Source: the human T2T-CHM13v2.0 reference genome, Homo sapiens
Assembly (NCBI RefSeq): GCF_009914755.1
Contig: NC_060933.1
Length of the DNA: 64,000 nucleotides
Reading direction: 5' to 3' (one strand)
Under the pieces are notes generated by a model that had not been told where the DNA came from, did not search any database, and saw only the letters and a list, made by a program, of their open reading frames with translations. Within the stretch, counting starts at the first letter, position 1, and each line of letters begins with the position of its first letter. This document shows, in pieces, positions 55,801 through 64,000 of the stretch. The translations under genes were made by a program, and so were the position numbers.

Positions 55801-57764
55801 TCTATTTAACCTGTTCTTAACCCTTTATCTCAACCTCTACCTGACTACTGCCTTCCCCAGAATCTCTGGCATGAATTGCAATGGTTAGAGAGAGTGTAAG
55901 AACTAAGTAGTTTTCAAGGAGATTTATCCTGACTCAGTAAGCAAATTTATAGATAGTTTAGAAGCAAATTTTAATGATGTATTGCCCAACAGGGACTTAC
56001 AGGTGCCACCAAACTTTTGGGATGCTATGTAGTTTTGCTGGGCTGTCATTTTAAAAAATGTTGCATCCCTAGTGGAAAATATTTCTAGAAATACTATGAC
56101 CTTTCCATTTTTTACCATGAAAGTGAGGTGATCTAAGAGTAGCCATCTTCCAAGTAAATGTGGTGAAACTTTAGTTTGAAATATTCATCATGCTTCTGTT
56201 TTGAACAGCCAAAACTCTACTAAAATTCAGTTTGCTGGTTTATTCAGCTTATTCATTTTATGCAAATCTCAATGTGCATGAAATGAACAAAAGACTTCAT
56301 TTCTATTCATATGCATTGTTAGTTTTCTATTCCATTTTTATTCCCAAACTTGTTTTTCTCTTTTTCAGTATTAGCACTTTATTCATTCTTTCAACAAATA
56401 TTTGTGGCATCCCTAGCATGATGAGGCACCAAAAAGAATGATACCATCCCCGCATGGTAATCGGCATGGCCCACAGGTTTCATCTTGAATGCCTTTTTGA
56501 GTGCACTATTAGAGGATGTTTGGAGATTTCTTTAGGAAACATCTATGATGAAAAGAAAGAATGATCTCAATTATGTGTGTCCGCTATGAGCAGGGTTTCA
56601 AGGCCGATTGCCGTGCCAACTCAGGGAGTGGGAAGATTGTCCACCAGGGGGTCAGGCAGATGTGGATTCTGATTTTGACTCTGCTCCTTGAAAGTTCTAA
56701 CTGGGGCAAGCTACCTCTGATTCTGAGAGAGATTCCTCATATGTAAAAGGAGAATACCTGCCTCACAGTGTGGTTAAATGAGTTTCCAGAGAGTGGCAAC
56801 ACCTTATAGGACTCCCTCAATAAATGATTGTTCTTAGCACCTCTTCTAGGATCCTACAATCTAATGCATTTGTAAATGAGCAAAAACTTTAGTAATACTG
56901 AAACGTTGGCTAAAATAAGTCCCATTAATGCAGGGACAAACAAAATGTTTTGATTTCTTGGAAGGTTTGATGAATTGTGGATTGCCTGATTCCTTTTCTC
57001 TTTCCAGGTTTTGTCTTAGATGTAACAAGTTCCTATCATGGGAGTCTGTACCATACAACCACAAATACACAATGGTATGGAGAAAGGGAGAGAGAGAACA
57101 AATGAGTTGTAAGAATTTAATTGGCAAAACTGATTATCCATGCTGAGTTTGCTCCTATTGTTTTTAAAGACACATGTTTTTTATACTACATGGCCCCAAA
57201 CTCAAAATCACTCAAATAAACACTGATCTGTTCCAGCACTGGAGGAAAAACTGGCTTTGTTAGACTTACCGAGAGATGGTGTGTTTCTCTCCAATATGGC
57301 ACCTTTCTAAGGGATTCTCAAGGGTAGTTTTGATAATACATGATTATTGACTTATTTGCAGTATAACACTTACCTTGACTGCACTTTTTTGCTTTTACAC
57401 ATTGTAATTCATTTCATCTTTTACTTATCTTGAATATCAAGATTTACTTTCTCTATCTTTTTTTTTTTCACATAAGCTCTGTATGTGACTCTACCTGTTT
57501 CTTGGAACAGGTAGTTCCAAGGTTTCTTCGGTTACTTAATGACTATTTTGTTATTTTATTTTTCCAAAACATGTCATAGGGTTGTGTCTAGAACTCAGGT
57601 CATTCTGTATAATGTTTCCAGTAGGTTTTGGAGGTTAAGATATTGTTTCCTTAGAAATACCTGATCAAGATTTCATGTCCTTACAGTTGCACATATAAGT
57701 TTTGTAGCTGGAGTAAGCTCAGCAGTGTTTTTAATGTCACAATAGTAATGTGCTCCTTGCCTGT

Positions 57765-60375
<2,611 letters not shown>

Positions 60376-60727
60376 CCTGTTTTTTTTGCTGCCAACTCAA
60401 AGGATCTTTTGTCTGGTAGCTCAAGGCTCCAAGGCTCTAATGCACAATAAAATGTGAAGACCAAAGAGCAGACAAGTTCTCTTTATCAGTTATTTACATC
60501 TCTGTGTGCATGAAGTGTGCTAAATAAAGGATATTGGAAAGTAGGAGAAAGCTGTCCTCCCTGAAAATGCCTGGGTTGGGGTATAAGCCCAGCTTTCCTA
60601 CTTTACCCCTTTGCCAAGGGGCCTAAAACCATCAAACATTCTCACTCTACCTCTGCCCTCATTTTTCTGGCTGTCCTTCTTTCTTTCTTTTATTCTCTGT
60701 CCTATGGAGTATTCTTTCTAATATTGA

Positions 60728-61023
60728 TTTTTAATTTTTTAAATCGAGATAGGGCCTTGCTTTGTCACCTAGGCTGAAGTGCAGTGGCACAGTCATGACT
60801 CACTACATCCTCAATCTTCTAGGCTCAAACAATCCTCCTACCTCAGCATATTGAGTAGCTGGGACCACAGGTGCACATCCCACATCCAGCTAATTTGTAT
60901 TCTTTTGTAGAGATGGAGTTTTGTCATATTGCTCCAGCTGGTCTTGAACTCCTAAGCTCAAGAGATCTGCCTACCTCAGCCTTCCAAAGTGCTGGTTACA
61001 GGTGTGAGCCACCATACCCAGCC
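60728..61023 (-). mobile_element. AluJ
   Basis: Antisense diverged dimer (ggctcaaacaatcctcctacctcagc); short TSD taatatt. Confidence 0.88.
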
Positions 61024-62086
61024 TAATATTCTTTATTAATAATGACACACTGATGATTGAAGTGTAAGATGCAAGTAAGAGGTAAACATTTTAAAAACAT
61101 CTCTAATTCTCACAATAATTCTGTAGGGAAAATTTTTTTCATGTTAAAAGTGAAAAAATCTGAAACAGAAGGAGAAAATAACTTACCATGTAATTTAGCA
61201 AATGGTAGAAACAGATGAGAATCCATATGTCCTTTTCCACCATCATATGCTGCCTTTATTTGTACACTATACGTGTTTGTAAATGTGTGCGTATGAGAGA
61301 GAAAGTGCATGCGTGCAAGCTTATCAATCTTTCTATGTATATATACATTTTTTTTAACCAAGTCTGAATGCATAGTTTTTGCTGCAGTGCCCGAAAACCA
61401 GTGTTGCCAGGTTGTTCACTCCGCATGTGGCCTCCCTAGAATGACTTGAAATTTTATAAGTTGCAATTTACACAATTGATGCATTCTTCTCTTGTATCAT
61501 TTTTACAGACATAACAGAATTTATACCATTTTATTTTTCAAATAAATGATTTCCAGGGGTGACAGTTGCTTTAATTCTTACTGGCTGGTCTTTGAAGGCA
61601 TAACATTATTTTCTTTAACATTATTTGTTCCTTCCTATAAGGCGCAACACTATGCTCATGTTGTGTCCATTGAAGCAGTTTCTCATTTTTGAAATTTTAA
61701 TGCCTTATGGGATGAAAAAAAAGAGGAGAGGAAAGACCCAGTAGTGATTTAAGACTATGATTCCGAATTGAAGCATCTTGCTACTTAGAGGAACACCATA
61801 TTTCATAGTGTATTTGCAGAAATGCTTCATGGCACAAACTCCTATTTCATGTCCTTGAAGGCCAATGGCGTAACAGAATTTCTGTTTCAGTGCCTATCTG
61901 ATCAATAATCTCCATGACATTTCCTAGTTGCCATCCATCTTGTGGTACACTTTTACTGTGTTGATGTATAGTGACTAATATCTACATGTATATATTTTTT
62001 GTCTCCTGCAACTGTAAATTATTTAAAAAATATTTCTACAGGTGCTTACATCTATTTATATAAAACATATTTTCCTTGATTTCATT

Positions 62087-62089
<3 letters not shown>

Positions 62090-62117
<28 letters not shown>
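62090..62117. repeat. (AT)14 microsatellite
   Basis: Seen directly. Confidence 0.95.
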
Positions 62118-62120
<3 letters not shown>

Positions 62121-62179
62121 TTCACTGGAAAAAATATTTGGAATTTAGTGTAATTCCCTTTGGGCATGGCCTTTGAGTA

Positions 62180-63450
62180 AACATATGTCAATAGAGCACT
62201 GTCTATGTGGCAGACAATATTCTAGGCACTGGTTTCAAAAATGAGTAGGACATGGACCCTACCTTTCCAGAGCTCACAGTCTTCATAAATCTGTGGAAAC
62301 AACATGAAATACTGCATAGATTTTGTTACCTTTAGGCCTCAGTTTGAATTTTCTTTTTACCACTTGTTAGGTGCTGGACATTCAATTTCTCAATGATATC
62401 ATCTGTAAAATTGAGGTAATAATAAATATCATCTTAAGGCTTATGCGAGGATTAAATGAGTTAATAAATATATGCATTTACAATGACACCAGGCACATAC
62501 ATCCCAACAAATCCTGGATATTATAATTATTATTGACATTAGTACTATTGTTGTGATGTAAGAAACAAGCAGCTAAAGATTATAATACTATATAATGAAT
62601 GAGTGTAAGATAGAAATTTTTTCAAGAGGATAAAATACAAAACTCCTTTGTAAGCTGTCCTAGGAGACATGAAACAAATGAGTTGAAGAAGACCGTATTT
62701 TCACTAGTCATATGAGAAAAGTTATAACACTCTAGGCAGCAGAAATAGCATTTGAAGAGTCAGGAAGGCTGAGAAAGCATGTCCCACTAAGTAAAATATT
62801 ACTGAGCTCATGTGTATAATTGGGGAGTAGAGTATAGGGCAAAGGGTAAGGTCACAAAAAGGTCTGGGTGATGTACTAAGAATTTAGGACTTCATCATGT
62901 TGACATTGGAAGCCACGAAAGGATTTTTTTAAAAATGGAACTAATATAATCAGATTTACATTATAGACAGATGATCCTATCTCCATTACAGAGGATGGAT
63001 CAGAAAGAACACTAGCTGGAGGAAGGTAAGACTTGAGGATAGAAGGCTGTTATGATTGGTCATGTGAGAGCTGATCAGGTTGTCAAATAAGACTCTGTCA
63101 ACGGAAATGGAAAAGTTGGGATGCATTTAAGACACATTTGAGAAGCTGAATGGACAGTACTGGAGGATCATTTGGATGAAAAGGGAACATAGAAGAAGAG
63201 GGGCATCTAAAATGATACTCAAGTTGATGTTTTGAACAATTGGGTGGATGACAGTACTTTTGACAGGAATAAAGCACAGATTTGAAAGGCAGACCAGAGA
63301 CACAAGGGAGGTTGGCTGGGGATGAAATTCTGGACAATCATCAATTCAGGGGCTGGTGGAGAAAGAAGGAACAGAGAAGAAGACATGTAATAAATGTACA
63401 AGTAAGAGAAGAACCAAGTGTTACAGAATCTAAGGGAGAAATAAATGTTA
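62180..63450 (-). mobile_element. L2 remnants with an embedded MIR (about 62330-62500)
   Basis: agagcactgtctatgtggcagacaatattctaggcactgg...gacatggaccctacctt; catctgtaaaattgaggtaataata...aggattaaatgag. Confidence 0.6.
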
Positions 63451-63468
63451 AAAAATGTTTGTTACAAA

Positions 63469-64000
63469 GATGGAGCAAGGTGGCTAAGTAGAAGCCTACA
63501 GCAATTATCCCCCGCAACAGGAACACCAAATTGAACAACTATCCACACACAAAAAAGCACATTCAAAACAACCAAAAATCAGGTGAGTGATCATAGTACC
63601 CGAATTTAACATCACATTAAAGAAAGAAGCAATGAGGAGGGTAGGAGAAACAGTCTTGAATCACCTACAACACCCCTCCCCCATTCTCCAGCAGTGGCCA
63701 TGTAGTACAGAGAGAGAATTTGTGCTCTTGGGAGAGGGAGAGCACAGTGATTGTGGGGCTTTGTATTGGAAATTAGTGCTGTTCTATCACAGAGAAAGCA
63801 ACATGGGGGCAGAACTCAACTGTTACCCATGAAGGGACCACTTAGAACAACTCTAGCCAGAGATGAGTTCCAACAAGCCTTGCCACTGTGGGCTACAGTG
63901 CTCTAGGGTTGTAAATAAACTTGAAAGGCAGTCTAGGCCACAAGAACTGGAACTCCTAGGCAAGTCCTGGTGCTGTGCTGGCCTCAGAACTGGTGGACTT
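63469..64000 (+). mobile_element. L1M1/L1MA-type 5' UTR, continues past window end
   Basis: gatggagcaaggtggctaagtagaagcc...aaaaatcaggtgagtgatcatagtacc...aaacttgaaaggcagtctaggccacaag. Confidence 0.75.

Overview
AT-rich, CpG-poor primate genomic DNA. A near-perfect AluYa5 points to human. It reads as deep intronic or intergenic sequence: I recognise no protein-coding exon, RNA gene or CpG island, and I cannot name the locus. Much of it is transposable-element derived: 8 Alus (J, S, Ya5), L1s from L1M to L1PA2/3, L2 and MIR relics, two provirus-like MaLR elements (MSTB-like and THE1), solo LTRs (MSTA, THE1D, MSTD, MLT2, MER4) and DNA transposons (MER2, MER33, MER5A). The ORF track is mostly chance ORFs or TE remnants; only the L1 ORF1/ORF2 fragments are real protein relics. 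I found no evidence of a new multi-gene system. The best second-look items are: (1) an L1PB with both ends and TSDs but two large internal deletions, one resembling a spliced-out intron; (2) a twin-primed L1PA nested inside it, next to a foreign ~67-bp insert; (3) a ~105-bp non-TE segment duplicated 1.8 kb away that toggles a 5' splice site, beside a (GT)16 tract placed right after a strong 3' splice site; (4) an interrupted (CTG)13 tract next to TATA/STAT/TEAD-like motifs; (5) several small template-switch scars. Subfamily calls come from remembered consensus sequences and need RepeatMasker/Dfam confirmation. Boundaries of old elements are approximate.
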